Source: Candidatus Omnitrophota bacterium | GTDB taxonomy: Bacteria > Omnitrophota > Gorgyraeia > Zapsychrales > Fredricksoniimonadaceae | DNA: 64,000 bases | Assembly: GCA_028870995.1 (NCBI GenBank) | Contig: JAGWOI010000012.1 | Coordinates: 1,501-65,500 of the forward strand | Direction of reading: 5' to 3' | Shown here: positions 44,607 to 54,733 of the stretch, one piece after another | How positions within the stretch are numbered: position 1 is the first letter of the stretch | How the letters are laid out: each line of letters starts with the position of its first letter | The notes under the pieces: model-generated | Told to the model about the DNA's origin: nothing | The model's input: the letters and a program-made list of their open reading frames with translations, nothing else | Database searches by the model: none | Program-made: the position numbers and the translations under genes

Positions 44607-44861
44607 TTAATGTCTAACACTTAACGCGGCAATGATTCCGGCCGCAGCCATGATAAAAGGCACTGCCATGCCGCCAATCATGGTCAGCAAACCGAATTTA
44701 TGACCAAAATTGATGGTCCATCCCAACGCCGGGTTGCTTTTGGGGACCCATAAACGCGTGTCTCTTTTGCTCCAATAGCAGCGGCAATACGCAGGACCGG
44801 ACCAATTGTTTGGATCGTTCCACTCCTGCTCGTTGACGCCTTGCTGGCCTGGATTAATCAT
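44607..44861 (-). CDS. small hypothetical membrane protein (84 aa, one C-terminal TM helix)
   Basis: ATG at 44861 with gaagggg immediately upstream. The start overlaps the fbaA stop by 8 nt. C-terminal TM helix [23 protein letters not shown]. Confidence 0.35.
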   Translation of the reverse strand: MINPGQQGVNEQEWNDPNNWSGPAYCRCYWSKRDTRLWVPKSNPALGWTINFGHKFGLLTMIGGMAVPFIMAAAGIIAALSVRH

Positions 44862-46176
44862 CCCCTTCGCCGTCCAAATGAGCCTGGGTATGACGCAAAC
44901 CGATGGTGGTGTTCACCGGCTTGATGATGGAGGTCACAAAATCCTTGGTGTCATTGACCTCAAGCTGCTTAAAAAGAAATTCGAAGCTCTTTTCAATTTC
45001 AGCAGCGATCCCTTCCTTGACACTTTCAGGAAGACCGTAAATCTCCTTCTTAAACTGTCCAAGCGCGCGTTTGCGGGCCTTGTAAAGGAACTGTTCTTCG
45101 GTGTCCTTGGGCTTGCGCTCACTCTGACAGTTCGCCTTGGTCCAATCCATCATTTTGGCATACAAATCTTTCGGGAACAGCTTGCTGTCCAGGGTCTTGT
45201 TCTGAAAATTGGTGGCCAGATGGATTTCAATGGTCCCCACGGAAGGGAATTTATTGAATTGATCATCCGTCAGGGTGGAAGCGCCGTGCTGCACCGCACC
45301 GCCCATGCCGAACTTGGATTTGGCTGCGGCCGAGAGATCTTTCAAAGTGTTAAAATCGACATTAGCCTTGGCAATGGTGCCGTCAGGCAGGACCGTCCCG
45401 CCATGGGAAGTCCCGGTCTGCACGGAAATCTTGCTTAAACCCGTCACGCCTTTGGGCAAGCTTTGATTGTAGCCTTCAGTGAAAGCCACCAGCTCCTCGA
45501 CGGTGGAATTCTTATGGCCGACCTCGCCGATCTCGCCGCCGATCGAAACCTGGACGCCTTGAGGCTGGATCTTACGGATAAAGGCGGTCATGTCCGCGCA
45601 GACTTCAAAATTATCACGCTGCTGCTCAGTTAAGGTCTGACGGTCCAATTTAACCGTGGTCGATGAATCCACATCAATATTATAGAAGCCGGCAGCCACG
45701 CAATCCGCAACCATATCCTTAAGAGCAGCAACCTCCTTGGCCTTGTTCTCAAAATAGGAAGCCGCCTTGATCTGGCAATGGTCGCCCTGCACGAACACCG
45801 GACCGCTATAACCCTCTCTGATCGCGGCAGCCAGGATAACGGCGGCATACTCGATGGGCGGCTGGTTGGTATAACCCATTTCTGATTTGGCGATTTCAAA
45901 GATAAAGGCACCGGCATTCAAACGCTTGGCCACGCGAAATATGGCGCGGGCCAGATGATAGGTCAGCGAGCGCAAGTTCATGGCCGGTGTAGTGAAGCTC
46001 TTGCCCTGCCCCTTGCCGCGGGCGATATAAACGTCATGGATGGAGGCCAAAAAGATGCCTTTGGCGCGCGCCTCGGCCTGGATCTCACGGGCCAATGCCT
46101 CCTTCTCCTTGATATTATCGGTCATGACCAGCTTTTGAATTACTGCATCCACATTAAAACCCGTATTGACTGCCAT
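44854..46176 (-). CDS. fbaA: class II fructose-1,6-bisphosphate aldolase (long form)
   Basis: 440 aa. GPVFVQGDHCQ...GGEIGEVGHKNSTVEE...HGASTL are class II aldolase metal-binding and catalytic regions. Confidence 0.85.
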   Translation of the reverse strand: MAVNTGFNVDAVIQKLVMTDNIKEKEALAREIQAEARAKGIFLASIHDVYIARGKGQGKSFTTPAMNLRSLTYHLARAIFRVAKRLNAGAFIFEIAKSEMGYTNQPPIEYAAVILAAAIREGYSGPVFVQGDHCQIKAASYFENKAKEVAALKDMVADCVAAGFYNIDVDSSTTVKLDRQTLTEQQRDNFEVCADMTAFIRKIQPQGVQVSIGGEIGEVGHKNSTVEELVAFTEGYNQSLPKGVTGLSKISVQTGTSHGGTVLPDGTIAKANVDFNTLKDLSAAAKSKFGMGGAVQHGASTLTDDQFNKFPSVGTIEIHLATNFQNKTLDSKLFPKDLYAKMMDWTKANCQSERKPKDTEEQFLYKARKRALGQFKKEIYGLPESVKEGIAAEIEKSFEFLFKQLEVNDTKDFVTSIIKPVNTTIGLRHTQAHLDGEGDD

Positions 46177-46207
46177 TTGACTCCCTCTCCTTCTTTAAGG
46201 TAACGTT

Positions 46208-47179
46208 TTAAGTTAAAATTTTCAATAATTGATAACGCCGGTCCATATCCTCATGAGCCCGGCGGGTAGCATCTTTGAGATCGATAACGTTGATTTTATC
46301 CTGCAAGACGCCGACCGCTTTGCCGTAAATGCCGTTGAGCAAAAGATCGACCGCCGCGGCCCCCAACCTGGTGGACAAAATCCTGTCCTGACCGCTGGGG
46401 GTGCCGCCGCGCTGCACATGCCCTAACACTGCGTAACGGGTTTCAAGGCCTATGGCCTTGGTGATATTCTCAGCCACCACCTGAGCTTTGGCGGCGCCTT
46501 CGGCCACAATAATGATCCAGCTTATCTTGCCTTTGGCATTGCCTTCCCTGGCCTCATCGTACATGGCCTCATAATCAAAAGCGCGTTCGGGTATTATAAC
46601 ATCTTCCGCACCGGCCGCAAGCGCAACTTCCATGGCGATGTAACCGGATTTATTGCCCATGACTTCCACCACGAAGATGCGTTCCATGCTTTGAGCCGTG
46701 TCTCGGATCTTGTCAATGGACTCCAAGGCGGTATTGATGGCAGTCGAGCAGCCGATGGTCTGGTCCGTACCGATCAAATCATTGTCGATGGTGCCAGGCA
46801 ATCCCACTGTGGGAATGCCGGACAATTCGTAAAGACGGCTGGCACCCCGGTAGGAACCATCCCCGCCGACCACGATCAAAGCATCGATGGTATTGCGCCG
46901 CAGGACTTCGGCAGCCTTGAGCTTGCCCTCATCCGTAGAAAACTCCTTGGAACGGGCGGTTTTCAGGATGGTCCCGCCTTTATTGATGATATTGGAGACC
47001 GAGCGGTGGTTCATGGGCACTATATCGTCCTCCAAAATCCCCTGATACCCGCGCATGATGCCCGCCACTTCAAGGTCGTAATGCAGCGCATAGCGCACCA
47101 CCGAACGGATGGCCGCATTCATCCCCGGACCATCACCACCTGAGGTTAAAATCCCGATTTTCTTGATTTTATTCGCCAT
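46208..47179 (-). CDS. pfkA: ATP-dependent 6-phosphofructokinase
   Basis: MANKIKKIGILTSGGDGPGMNAAIR... The ATG at 47179 has a ggcgggag RBS. The ORF track begins at the TTG at 47200. Confidence 0.9.
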   Translation of the reverse strand: MANKIKKIGILTSGGDGPGMNAAIRSVVRYALHYDLEVAGIMRGYQGILEDDIVPMNHRSVSNIINKGGTILKTARSKEFSTDEGKLKAAEVLRRNTIDALIVVGGDGSYRGASRLYELSGIPTVGLPGTIDNDLIGTDQTIGCSTAINTALESIDKIRDTAQSMERIFVVEVMGNKSGYIAMEVALAAGAEDVIIPERAFDYEAMYDEAREGNAKGKISWIIIVAEGAAKAQVVAENITKAIGLETRYAVLGHVQRGGTPSGQDRILSTRLGAAAVDLLLNGIYGKAVGVLQDKINVIDLKDATRRAHEDMDRRYQLLKILT

Positions 47180-47250
47180 AAGAAAGACTCCCGCCTTCAA
47201 AGACCGCTTTTTCCGGCCTTAAAGTTGTTTAATATTCAAGGAATTTGGGT

Positions 47251-47259
47251 ATTATACCA
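47251..47259 (-). promoter_or_regulatory. extended -10 element TGgTATAAT on the minus strand upstream of pfkA
   Basis: The reverse complement of attatacca is tggtataat. It sits between the ahcY terminator and the pfkA RBS. No good -35 is present. Confidence 0.35.
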
Positions 47260-47264
47260 CCATA

Positions 47265-47325
47265 AAAACTGGGACACATTGACTTTTTTAAAAAATAAAT
47301 ATAAAAGTCAATGTGTCCCAGTTTT
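47265..47325. terminator. strong bidirectional intrinsic terminator: perfect 23-bp inverted repeat (aaaactgggacacattgactttt / aaaagtcaatgtgtcccagtttt) with a 15-nt A/T loop
   Basis: It starts 16 nt after the ahcY stop. A/U-rich flanks are present on both strands. Confidence 0.6.
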
Positions 47326-47341
47326 TATAAAAAAGATGCCG

Positions 47342-48667
47342 TCAATACCGGTAGTGGTCCGGCTTAAAAGGCCCCTCAACCTTGACACCCAGGTATTTCG
47401 CCTGTTGGGAGGTCAAGACATCCAGTTTGGCGCCCACCTTGGCCAAATGCAGGCTGGCCACCTTCTCGTCCAGGTGCTTGGGCAGTGTGTAGACCTTATG
47501 TTCATACTTATGCCCGTTTTGCCAAAGTTCGATCTGAGCCAGCACCTGGTTGGTGAATGAATTGCTCATGACAAAGGAAGGATGCCCCATGGCGCAGCCC
47601 AAATTGACCAGCCGCCCTTCAGCCAGGACAATGACCTTTTTGCCGTCCAGATACGTATACTCATCCACTTGCGGCTTGATCTGGTCCTTCTTAATATCCT
47701 TACGGTTATTCAAGTAGGCGATATCAATTTCAGCATCGAAGTGGCCGATATTGCAAACAATGGCCCCCGATTTCATGACATCCAGGTGTTTACCGGTGAT
47801 GACATCGATGCAGCCGGTGGCGGTGACAAAGATATCGCCCAGCTTGGCCGCTTCATTCATGGGCAGGACCTGGTAGCCTTCCATGGAAGCCTGCAAAGCG
47901 CAAATAGGGTCTACTTCCGTAACGATGATGCGGCCACCCAACCCCTTAAAGGATTGAACACAGCCCTTACCCACATCCCCGTAACCCGCCACCACACACA
48001 CCTTACCCGCGATCATGCGGTCCGTGGCGCGCTTGATGCCGTCGATCAAGGACTCACGGCAGCCGTACAGATTATCAAACTTGGATTTGGTCACCGAATC
48101 ATTGACGTTGATGGCCGGCACCTTTAGGGTCCCCTTTTTCATCATTTCGTATAAACGGTGAACACCGGTGGTCGTCTCTTCGGAAAGTCCGCGGATATCC
48201 TTTAAATATTGCGGATACTTATCATGGACCATCAAGGTCAAATCCCCGCCGTCATCCAGGAGCATGTTAGGGCCCTGGCCGTCAGGCCAATGGATGGTCT
48301 GTTCAACGCACCAGTCATATTCTTCCAGGCTCTCGCCCTTCCAGGCAAAGACAGGAATCCCCGCCGCAGCGATGGCCGCAGCCGCATGGTCCTGGGTGGA
48401 AAAAATATTGCAGGATGACCAGCGCACCTGCGCGCCCAACTTGATCAAGGTCTCGATCAACACCGCAGTTTCAATGGTCATATGGATGCAGCCGGCAATG
48501 CGGGCACCCTTCAACGGCTGTTTGGCCTCGTATTCCTGACGAGTCGCCATCAGGCCGGGCATCTCGGTTTCGGCAATCTGGATCTCCTTGCGCCCCCAAG
48601 AAGCCAAAGAAATATCCTTCACTTTATAATCGTTTTTAGCTGCAGGCTTGTTCATAAGTTTGGTCAT
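47342..48667 (-). CDS. ahcY: adenosylhomocysteinase
   Basis: 441 aa. [13 protein letters not shown]...NAD-binding [17 protein letters not shown]. Confidence 0.9.
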   Translation of the reverse strand: MTKLMNKPAAKNDYKVKDISLASWGRKEIQIAETEMPGLMATRQEYEAKQPLKGARIAGCIHMTIETAVLIETLIKLGAQVRWSSCNIFSTQDHAAAAIAAAGIPVFAWKGESLEEYDWCVEQTIHWPDGQGPNMLLDDGGDLTLMVHDKYPQYLKDIRGLSEETTTGVHRLYEMMKKGTLKVPAINVNDSVTKSKFDNLYGCRESLIDGIKRATDRMIAGKVCVVAGYGDVGKGCVQSFKGLGGRIIVTEVDPICALQASMEGYQVLPMNEAAKLGDIFVTATGCIDVITGKHLDVMKSGAIVCNIGHFDAEIDIAYLNNRKDIKKDQIKPQVDEYTYLDGKKVIVLAEGRLVNLGCAMGHPSFVMSNSFTNQVLAQIELWQNGHKYEHKVYTLPKHLDEKVASLHLAKVGAKLDVLTSQQAKYLGVKVEGPFKPDHYRY

Positions 48668-48670
48668 TTT

Positions 48671-49831
48671 TTAACAATCTCTTCTTAAAGCCGAAGCCTT
48701 GTCTGTTTTTTCCCAGGAGAATTCGGAACGCCCGAAATGACCGTAGGAAGCGGTCTTCAGATAGAACGGACGGCGCAAGTCCAAGGTGTTGATGATCCCG
48801 CGCGGGGAAAGATCAAAGTGCTTGCGGACCAGGGCCGCCAGGTGCTGCTCGGAGACCTTGCCCGTCCCATAAGTTTCCACCATCAGGGAAACCGGTTGAG
48901 GATGGCCGATGGCATACCCTACCTGCAGCATGCATTTTTGGGCCAGACCTGCGGCCACAATGTTCTTGCAAATGTAACGGGCCATATAGGCAGCGGAACG
49001 GTCAACCTTGGTGGGGTCCTTGCCGGAGAAAGCGCCGCCTCCGTGAGGCACGACACCGCCGTAGGTGTCCACAATGATCTTGCGGCCGGTCACACCGGTG
49101 TCTGATTGGGGGCCGCCGACCACGAATTTACCGGTTTCATTCACATAAAATTTGGTATTCTTGTCGATCAACTTGCCGACAATAGGATGAGCCACGTTCT
49201 TGATGATCTCCTGCTTGGCTTTTTCCGTGATGCGCTTGCCGGTCTTGTCCAGGATCTCCTCGGTATGCTGGCAGGCCAGGACGACAGCGTCAACGCGCAG
49301 CGGTTCATCATCCTCGTATTCAATGGTGACCTGCGATTTACAATCAGGCCCCAGGTATTTCAAAATGCCTTTTTTACGCACCTCTTCGACGCGTTTGACC
49401 AGCCGGTGCGCCAGGGTGATGGCCAGCGGCATCATTTCCGGCGTCTCGTTGCAGGCATAGCCGAACATAATGCCCTGGTCCCCTGCACCGCCTGTATCAA
49501 CCCCCTGGGAAATATCGGGAGACTGCTTGTTGATGGCGTTCAAAATGGAGCAGGTATTGGCATCAAAACCATATTTCGGATGGTTATAGCCGATGTCAAA
49601 AAGGACTTCACGGACCAGTTTATGCACGTCCACATAGGTAGTGGTGCTGATTTCGCCGCCCACAATAACCAGGCCCGTGGAACAAAAAGTTTCGCATGCA
49701 ACGCGGCCTTTGGGATCATCCTTGAACACCGCATCCAACACCGCATCTGAAATTTGATCACACACCTTATCCGGATGCCCCTTGCCGACGGATTCCGAAG
49801 TAAAAAGATAACGCCCTTTCACTAAAACCAC
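48671..49831 (-). CDS. metK: S-adenosylmethionine synthase
   Basis: 386 aa. [25 protein letters not shown]...[12 protein letters not shown]...[19 protein letters not shown]. Confidence 0.9.
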   Translation of the reverse strand: MVLVKGRYLFTSESVGKGHPDKVCDQISDAVLDAVFKDDPKGRVACETFCSTGLVIVGGEISTTTYVDVHKLVREVLFDIGYNHPKYGFDANTCSILNAINKQSPDISQGVDTGGAGDQGIMFGYACNETPEMMPLAITLAHRLVKRVEEVRKKGILKYLGPDCKSQVTIEYEDDEPLRVDAVVLACQHTEEILDKTGKRITEKAKQEIIKNVAHPIVGKLIDKNTKFYVNETGKFVVGGPQSDTGVTGRKIIVDTYGGVVPHGGGAFSGKDPTKVDRSAAYMARYICKNIVAAGLAQKCMLQVGYAIGHPQPVSLMVETYGTGKVSEQHLAALVRKHFDLSPRGIINTLDLRRPFYLKTASYGHFGRSEFSWEKTDKASALRRDC

Positions 49832-49902
49832 CTTTCCTTAAAATAGGGCCAACACCCTATTTTGTTGTATACATATTGTTTGTCAAAACAGGGCCGCTTC
49901 CC

Positions 49903-50637
49903 CTATTTTGAGAACGCCCGCCTGGCTTCTTCGAGAGATTCAATACTTCCGATATCATACCATTTTCCTAAAAATTCGAAACCATAAACCGTTTTCTTTT
50001 CAGAAAGCCATTTGATATAACTTCCGGCCGCATCCACAGCCTTGGATTCTTTTAAATATTCCTGCAGGTATTTCAATGCGGCCTTGGGAAAATAATACAG
50101 ACACATGGTGATCAAACTCGACGCGGGTTTTTCCGGTTTTTCCTGAAAACTGACGACTTTTTTGCCGGCATCAATACCCAGAACACCGAATTTCGTGGCG
50201 GCCTTGATATCATGGATATCAAAAATACCGATGGTAACCGCCGGATTTTTGCCGGCTGCAAAATTGACAAACGGCCCCAGATCGCCGTCAAACAGATTGT
50301 CCCCGCCAATGACCATCCAGTCTTGAGGCGCCGCCTCTTTTTGCCAGACAAAATTCATGTCTCCCACCGAACCCAGGCGCTCTTCCGGGGTGTTGGTGCC
50401 GTCATTGACAACGCGGATGGGCAGGCCGCGGCGACTGGCGGCCCATTCCTGGAAATGGGGGGTGAATTTATTGTTGCTGACCACCACGATCTCATCCAAG
50501 GCCTTTATGCCCTGCAATTTATCCACAACATAATCAATGAGGGGTCTGTCCCCTACGGGTATCAAGGGCTTGGGCGTATCTTTTATGACCGAGGCCAGTC
50601 GTGTCCCATACCCGGCTGCTAAAATCAAGGCTTTCAT
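49903..50637 (-). CDS. sugar-phosphate nucleotidyltransferase (NTP_transferase family)
   Basis: Start taken at MKALILAAGYGTRLASV...KPLIPVGDRPLIDY, the G-x-G-T-R-L nucleotidyltransferase motif. Confidence 0.65.
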   Translation of the reverse strand: MKALILAAGYGTRLASVIKDTPKPLIPVGDRPLIDYVVDKLQGIKALDEIVVVSNNKFTPHFQEWAASRRGLPIRVVNDGTNTPEERLGSVGDMNFVWQKEAAPQDWMVIGGDNLFDGDLGPFVNFAAGKNPAVTIGIFDIHDIKAATKFGVLGIDAGKKVVSFQEKPEKPASSLITMCLYYFPKAALKYLQEYLKESKAVDAAGSYIKWLSEKKTVYGFEFLGKWYDIGSIESLEEARRAFSK

Positions 50638-50644
50638 AAACCTC

Positions 50645-52387
50645 CTATACAGGTAAGAATTTACGCAATTGCACGTCGATATACTCTTCCACTTCCTGGC
50701 CTGTGAACAGTTGCATGGCTTCATAGGCGGTGCGCTGGGCGTCCTGCAGCTTCACGCTGCGGATCATGCGCTTGACCCCCAGGATGCTTGCCGCGGACAT
50801 GCTCAACTCATCAATACCCATCCCCACCAGCAAAAAAGCCAGCAAAGGATCGGAGGCCATCTCCCCGCACAAAGCCACATGGATCCCTTCATTATGCCCC
50901 GCATCGATGGTTTTCTGGATCATTTTTAAGACCGCCGGGTGCGTAGGCTCATATAAATGGGCCGTCTTTTCGTTAACGCGGTCGACCGCCAGGGTGTACT
51001 GGATCAGATCATTGGTACCGATCGAAAAAAAGTCGGACTCACGGGCCAGGGCTTCGGCGGTCATCACGGCGGAAGGCACCTCAATCATGATGCCCACCTT
51101 CATCTGCTTGTCAAAGGGAACCTTTTCGTCCCTTAAAGCGGTCTTAACCTCATTAAGGATGCCGTTCGCCTGGCGCAATTCCCCCAAACCACAGATCATG
51201 GGATACATCATCTGTATGCGGCCGTGAACGGAAGCGCGTAGAATGGCCCTCAATTGCGTCTTGAAAATGTCCGGCCGCTCGAGGCAGAAACGGATGGCGC
51301 GGCATCCCAAAAAAGGCGTCATATCATGAGGGATCTGCACGCTGGAAATAAATTTATCGCCTCCCAGATCAAGGGTCCTTATGGTGACCGGGAACGGCGC
51401 CATGGCGCGCGCCACCTCGCTGTAGGCCTTGTACTGTTCCTCTTCGGAAGGCAGGTCCAAACGGTTCATGTATAAAAACTCCGTGCGGTAAAGACCCACC
51501 CCTTCGGCGCCGTACTTGCGCACCACAGGGACTTCGGCGGCCAATTCCAGATTGGCCACGATGCAAACACTCTTACCGTCCAGCGTCTGGGCAGGCAGGT
51601 TCTTCAAATCATCAAGCTTTTCTAAGTTCGCGGTGATCTTGTGCTGTTCCTTGATGTATTGGTCCCTGGTCTCGACCGAAGGGTCGATGATGACCAGACC
51701 CTTTTGGCCGTCCACAATGACCGTGTCCTGATTGTTGATCTTTAAGGTGGCGTCTTTGAGACCAACCACGGCGGGAACCCCTAAGGATTTGGCGATGATG
51801 GCGGTATGGGATGTCCTGCCGCCGATATCCGTCAAAAAGCCCTTGATCTTTTTATTATACATGCTGACGGCATCCGATGGGGACAACTCGTGCGCAACTA
51901 CGATGAGGTCGTCCTGCAGACTGTCCAGATCGTGCAGCTTGCTCTCATCCATCAGGTATTTCAAGACCCGGCGGCTGATGTCGCTGACGTCCGCGGCACG
52001 TTCGCGCAAATATTCGTCCGGAAGTTTGGTAAAGGCTTCGACGAATTTCTTGATGATCTTGACAAAAATGTATTCGGCGGCCAGCTTGTTCTTCTTGATC
52101 CCTGCGGTCACCTCATCGATAAGCGTGGCATCCTGCAGGACAAGCAGGTGAGCATCGAAAATCTTCGCGTGGGCCACACCCATATCCTTGGTGATCTTGG
52201 TTTTCAGCGCCTGGATCTCATGGCGGGCATTATTGACAGCCTCTTCGAAGCGGGCGATTTCCGAATTGATTTCAGAATGAGCGATGGCGCGCTTGGGTAC
52301 AATGAATTCACCCTTGTCCAGGATGAAGGACGGACCGTAAGCAATGCCGGGTGCGGCAGGGACGCCTTTTAAAACGATTTCACTCAT
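50645..52387 (-). CDS. ptsI: phosphoenolpyruvate-protein phosphotransferase (PTS Enzyme I)
   Basis: 580 aa. GGRTSHTAIIAKSLGVPAVVG (active-site His region) and the C-terminal PEP-utilising domain. Confidence 0.9.
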   Translation of the reverse strand: MSEIVLKGVPAAPGIAYGPSFILDKGEFIVPKRAIAHSEINSEIARFEEAVNNARHEIQALKTKITKDMGVAHAKIFDAHLLVLQDATLIDEVTAGIKKNKLAAEYIFVKIIKKFVEAFTKLPDEYLRERAADVSDISRRVLKYLMDESKLHDLDSLQDDLIVVAHELSPSDAVSMYNKKIKGFLTDIGGRTSHTAIIAKSLGVPAVVGLKDATLKINNQDTVIVDGQKGLVIIDPSVETRDQYIKEQHKITANLEKLDDLKNLPAQTLDGKSVCIVANLELAAEVPVVRKYGAEGVGLYRTEFLYMNRLDLPSEEEQYKAYSEVARAMAPFPVTIRTLDLGGDKFISSVQIPHDMTPFLGCRAIRFCLERPDIFKTQLRAILRASVHGRIQMMYPMICGLGELRQANGILNEVKTALRDEKVPFDKQMKVGIMIEVPSAVMTAEALARESDFFSIGTNDLIQYTLAVDRVNEKTAHLYEPTHPAVLKMIQKTIDAGHNEGIHVALCGEMASDPLLAFLLVGMGIDELSMSAASILGVKRMIRSVKLQDAQRTAYEAMQLFTGQEVEEYIDVQLRKFLPV

Positions 52388-52671
52388 GTGGGCAAATCTT
52401 CGTCTTGTTTTTTAAAGAATTCTTCAAACTCGCGCATGGCCTCAAAAGCCTTGTCCCCTTCCAGCGACAGCTTTAAAACCGTCCCTTCGACCGCGCCCAG
52501 CATCAAAAGGTTCATGATCGACTTGCCGTTGACGGTTTCGGCCCCCTTGGACACCGTCACGGCGACGCCAAACTTATCGGCCAGGCTGACGAATACCGCC
52601 GCCGGACGGGCATGCAGCCCCTTCTTATTGATCACCGTTAATTCTTTTTCGATTTTCTCCATATAAATCAT
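52384..52671 (-). CDS. ptsH: phosphocarrier protein HPr
   Basis: GLHARPAAVFV contains the active-site His; a regulatory-Ser region (VNGKSIMNLL) follows. The ATG at 52671 overlaps the yvcK stop (ATGA); the ATG at 52662 is an alternative. Confidence 0.8.
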   Translation of the reverse strand: MIYMEKIEKELTVINKKGLHARPAAVFVSLADKFGVAVTVSKGAETVNGKSIMNLLMLGAVEGTVLKLSLEGDKAFEAMREFEEFFKKQDEDLPT

Positions 52672-53912
52672 CTTTTGATGACCCTTTGGGTCTCGATCAA
52701 CCGGATAAGTGCCTGGGTGAGCTTTTTCGAATCATGGCGTACGTAATCGGCAACACTTAAAAGGTCTGTCGCCACCACCTTGATGCCCATGGCCTTGATG
52801 CGTTCGCTGTCGGCAGCTACCGGATAGGCATTCTCCTGACGGTAACGGTTCAAGGCCTCTTCATTACTGACCACCGCGTCGTTGATCAGGCAGGCATCCA
52901 CGATCTTGGGGTTACTATGCTCCAGCAGGACGCGCAGATGGTCCGAAGCGGAAAAATTATCCGTCTCCCCCTGTTGAGTCATCACATTGCAGACATAGAT
53001 CTTATAGGCTTTCGAAGCTGCCAGCGCCTCGCCCATGCCTCTGATGATCAGGTTGGGCAGGATGCTGGTATATAAGCTTCCCGGCCCCATGACGATAATG
53101 TCCGCCTGGTCAATGGCGGTCAATGCATCATCGGTGGGCTTGGCATCATCCGGTGTCAAGAATAAGCGCTTGATCACCGCATTGACCTGGGGGATCTTGG
53201 CTTCGCCCTTGGTAATGCTGCCGTCCATATATTCGGCCACCAAATGCACATTGTGCACGGTGGAAGGGATGACCTTACCACGCACCGCCAGGACCTTGCT
53301 GGACTCCTCCACCGCCCTTTTAAAATCGCCGTTGGTGATCTGCACCATGGCGGTCAAAAATAAATTCCCGAAGCTATGGCCTTTAAGGCCGGCGCCCTCC
53401 TCAAATCGGTACTGAAAAAGCTCCCCCATCAACGCCGGGGTGTCGGCCAGGGCCACCAGGCAGTTGCGGATGTCGCCGGGTGCCACGATGTTGAACTGTT
53501 GGCGCAAAAGGCCTGAAGAGCCGCCGCTGTCGGCCACCGTCACAATGGCGGTCAAATTGGCGGTATATTCCTTCAAGCCCAAAAGCAAATGCGATAAGCC
53601 ATGGCCTCCGCCAATGGCCACCACCTTGGGCCCGCGCTCCAAATAACGGCGCTGATAAAGGATGTCAACGATGTCACGCTCCCGCTGGGGCAAAAACAGC
53701 GTCAGGAGCGAAATGATCAATTTTCCAATGCTCAGCACAATGAACATGATACCGCAAAGTATCATGACAACGCCCATCGCGCTGACAAAGGCGTATGGAG
53801 AAGAGGCGAAAGCCGACCCTACACCAACGATGATGACGCCAAATAACAGGGAAAAAACCCAGCGTTTGACCTTAATGCCCGGGTAAAGCCATTTGAAAAA
53901 ATTTTGAGACAT
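52668..53912 (-). CDS. yvcK: gluconeogenesis factor YvcK (UPF0052/CofD-like) with two N-terminal TM helices
   Basis: 414 aa. VVAIGGGHGLSHLLLGLK...TVADSGGSSGLLR...MGPGSLYTSILPNL. Confidence 0.85.
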   Translation of the reverse strand: MSQNFFKWLYPGIKVKRWVFSLLFGVIIVGVGSAFASSPYAFVSAMGVVMILCGIMFIVLSIGKLIISLLTLFLPQRERDIVDILYQRRYLERGPKVVAIGGGHGLSHLLLGLKEYTANLTAIVTVADSGGSSGLLRQQFNIVAPGDIRNCLVALADTPALMGELFQYRFEEGAGLKGHSFGNLFLTAMVQITNGDFKRAVEESSKVLAVRGKVIPSTVHNVHLVAEYMDGSITKGEAKIPQVNAVIKRLFLTPDDAKPTDDALTAIDQADIIVMGPGSLYTSILPNLIIRGMGEALAASKAYKIYVCNVMTQQGETDNFSASDHLRVLLEHSNPKIVDACLINDAVVSNEEALNRYRQENAYPVAADSERIKAMGIKVVATDLLSVADYVRHDSKKLTQALIRLIETQRVIKR

Positions 53913-53924
53913 GACGAACGTCTG

Positions 53925-54395
53925 TCAGCCAATGCGAGAATCTTCCTGCGCAACCAGGTCCATGACTTCTTTGGCTGTCTTGGTGTTTTTGAGGCTGTCG
54001 CGGAAAAATTTGTCCTTCAACAGGCGTGAGACCCTTGCCAGAGCCTTTAAATGAGGGCCGGCGGAATCGGCGGGTGCTATCAAAAGAAAGAAGATGTGCG
54101 CCGGTTCTCCGTCGAGCGAATCGAAATTGACGCCTTTTTTGCTTATCCCCAAGGCTGAGGTCAACTCGCCGACCGTATCTGATTTGGTGTGAGGGATGGC
54201 GATCCCCTGGCCGATGGCCGTGGATCCAAGGGCCTCGCGGGCCATCAAACCCTCAACTATTTTGTTCTTATGCTTTTTTTCAATGATCCCGTTATCGACC
54301 AGGATCCCTACCATTTCCAAAATGACATCAGCCTTTGTTTCGGACTTCAAGTCGGTGCACACTGCTTCCTTACGTAAAAAATCGCTGATTTTCAT
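53925..54395 (-). CDS. ptsN: PTS EIIA (nitrogen-regulatory PtsN/EIIA-Ntr type)
   Basis: Start taken at MKISDFLRKE (54395), downstream of the tRNA. GIAIPHTK contains the active-site His. Confidence 0.75.
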   Translation of the reverse strand: MKISDFLRKEAVCTDLKSETKADVILEMVGILVDNGIIEKKHKNKIVEGLMAREALGSTAIGQGIAIPHTKSDTVGELTSALGISKKGVNFDSLDGEPAHIFFLLIAPADSAGPHLKALARVSRLLKDKFFRDSLKNTKTAKEVMDLVAQEDSRIG

Positions 54396-54419
54396 GCTGT
54401 CTCCGAACTTTAGAAAAAT

Positions 54420-54495
54420 TGGAGCGGCGGACCGGGTTTGAACCGGTGACATCCACCTTGGCAAGGTGGCATTCTACCAACTGAATTACCGCCGC
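54420..54495 (-). tRNA. tRNA-Gly (anticodon GCC), CCA encoded
   Basis: Sense strand gcggcggtaattcagttggtagaatgccaccttgccaaggtggatgtcaccggttcaaacccggtccgccgctcca. Confidence 0.85.
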
Positions 54496-54527
54496 ATATT
54501 ATTTCAATTATAACAGAACTTCTAAAG

Positions 54528-54608
54528 TGGGCGGGAGAGGACTTGAACCTCCACGGGTTTCCCCACATGCTCCTAAGGCATGCGCGTCTGCCATTCCGCC
54601 ACCCGCCC
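54528..54608 (-). tRNA. tRNA-Leu (anticodon TAG), long variable arm
   Basis: Sense strand gggcgggtggcggaatggcagacgcgcatgccttaggagcatgtggggaaacccgtggaggttcaagtcctctcccgccca. The D-arm resembles E. coli tRNA-Leu. Confidence 0.8.
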
Positions 54609-54638
54609 ATTAACGGGCGGTTGTCACTCTTTTAAAAA

Positions 54639-54714
54639 TGGTGACCCACCCGCGACTCGAACGCGGTACCCCAACATTAAAAGTGTTGTGCTCTGCCAGA
54701 TGAGCTAGTGGGTC
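54639..54714 (-). tRNA. tRNA-Lys (anticodon TTT), CCA encoded
   Basis: Sense strand gacccactagctcatctggcagagcacaacacttttaatgttggggtaccgcgttcgagtcgcgggtgggtcacca. Confidence 0.85.
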
Positions 54715-54733
54715 TTCCCTCAAAAGGGAAATT

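Noticed and set aside
47280-47310. Plus-strand TTGACT-15/16-TATAAA promoter-like motif inside the terminator loop
   Set aside because: The spacing is suboptimal and no plus-strand gene lies downstream; the ORF at 47225-47560 is antisense to ahcY. It is probably a by-product of the AT-rich palindrome.
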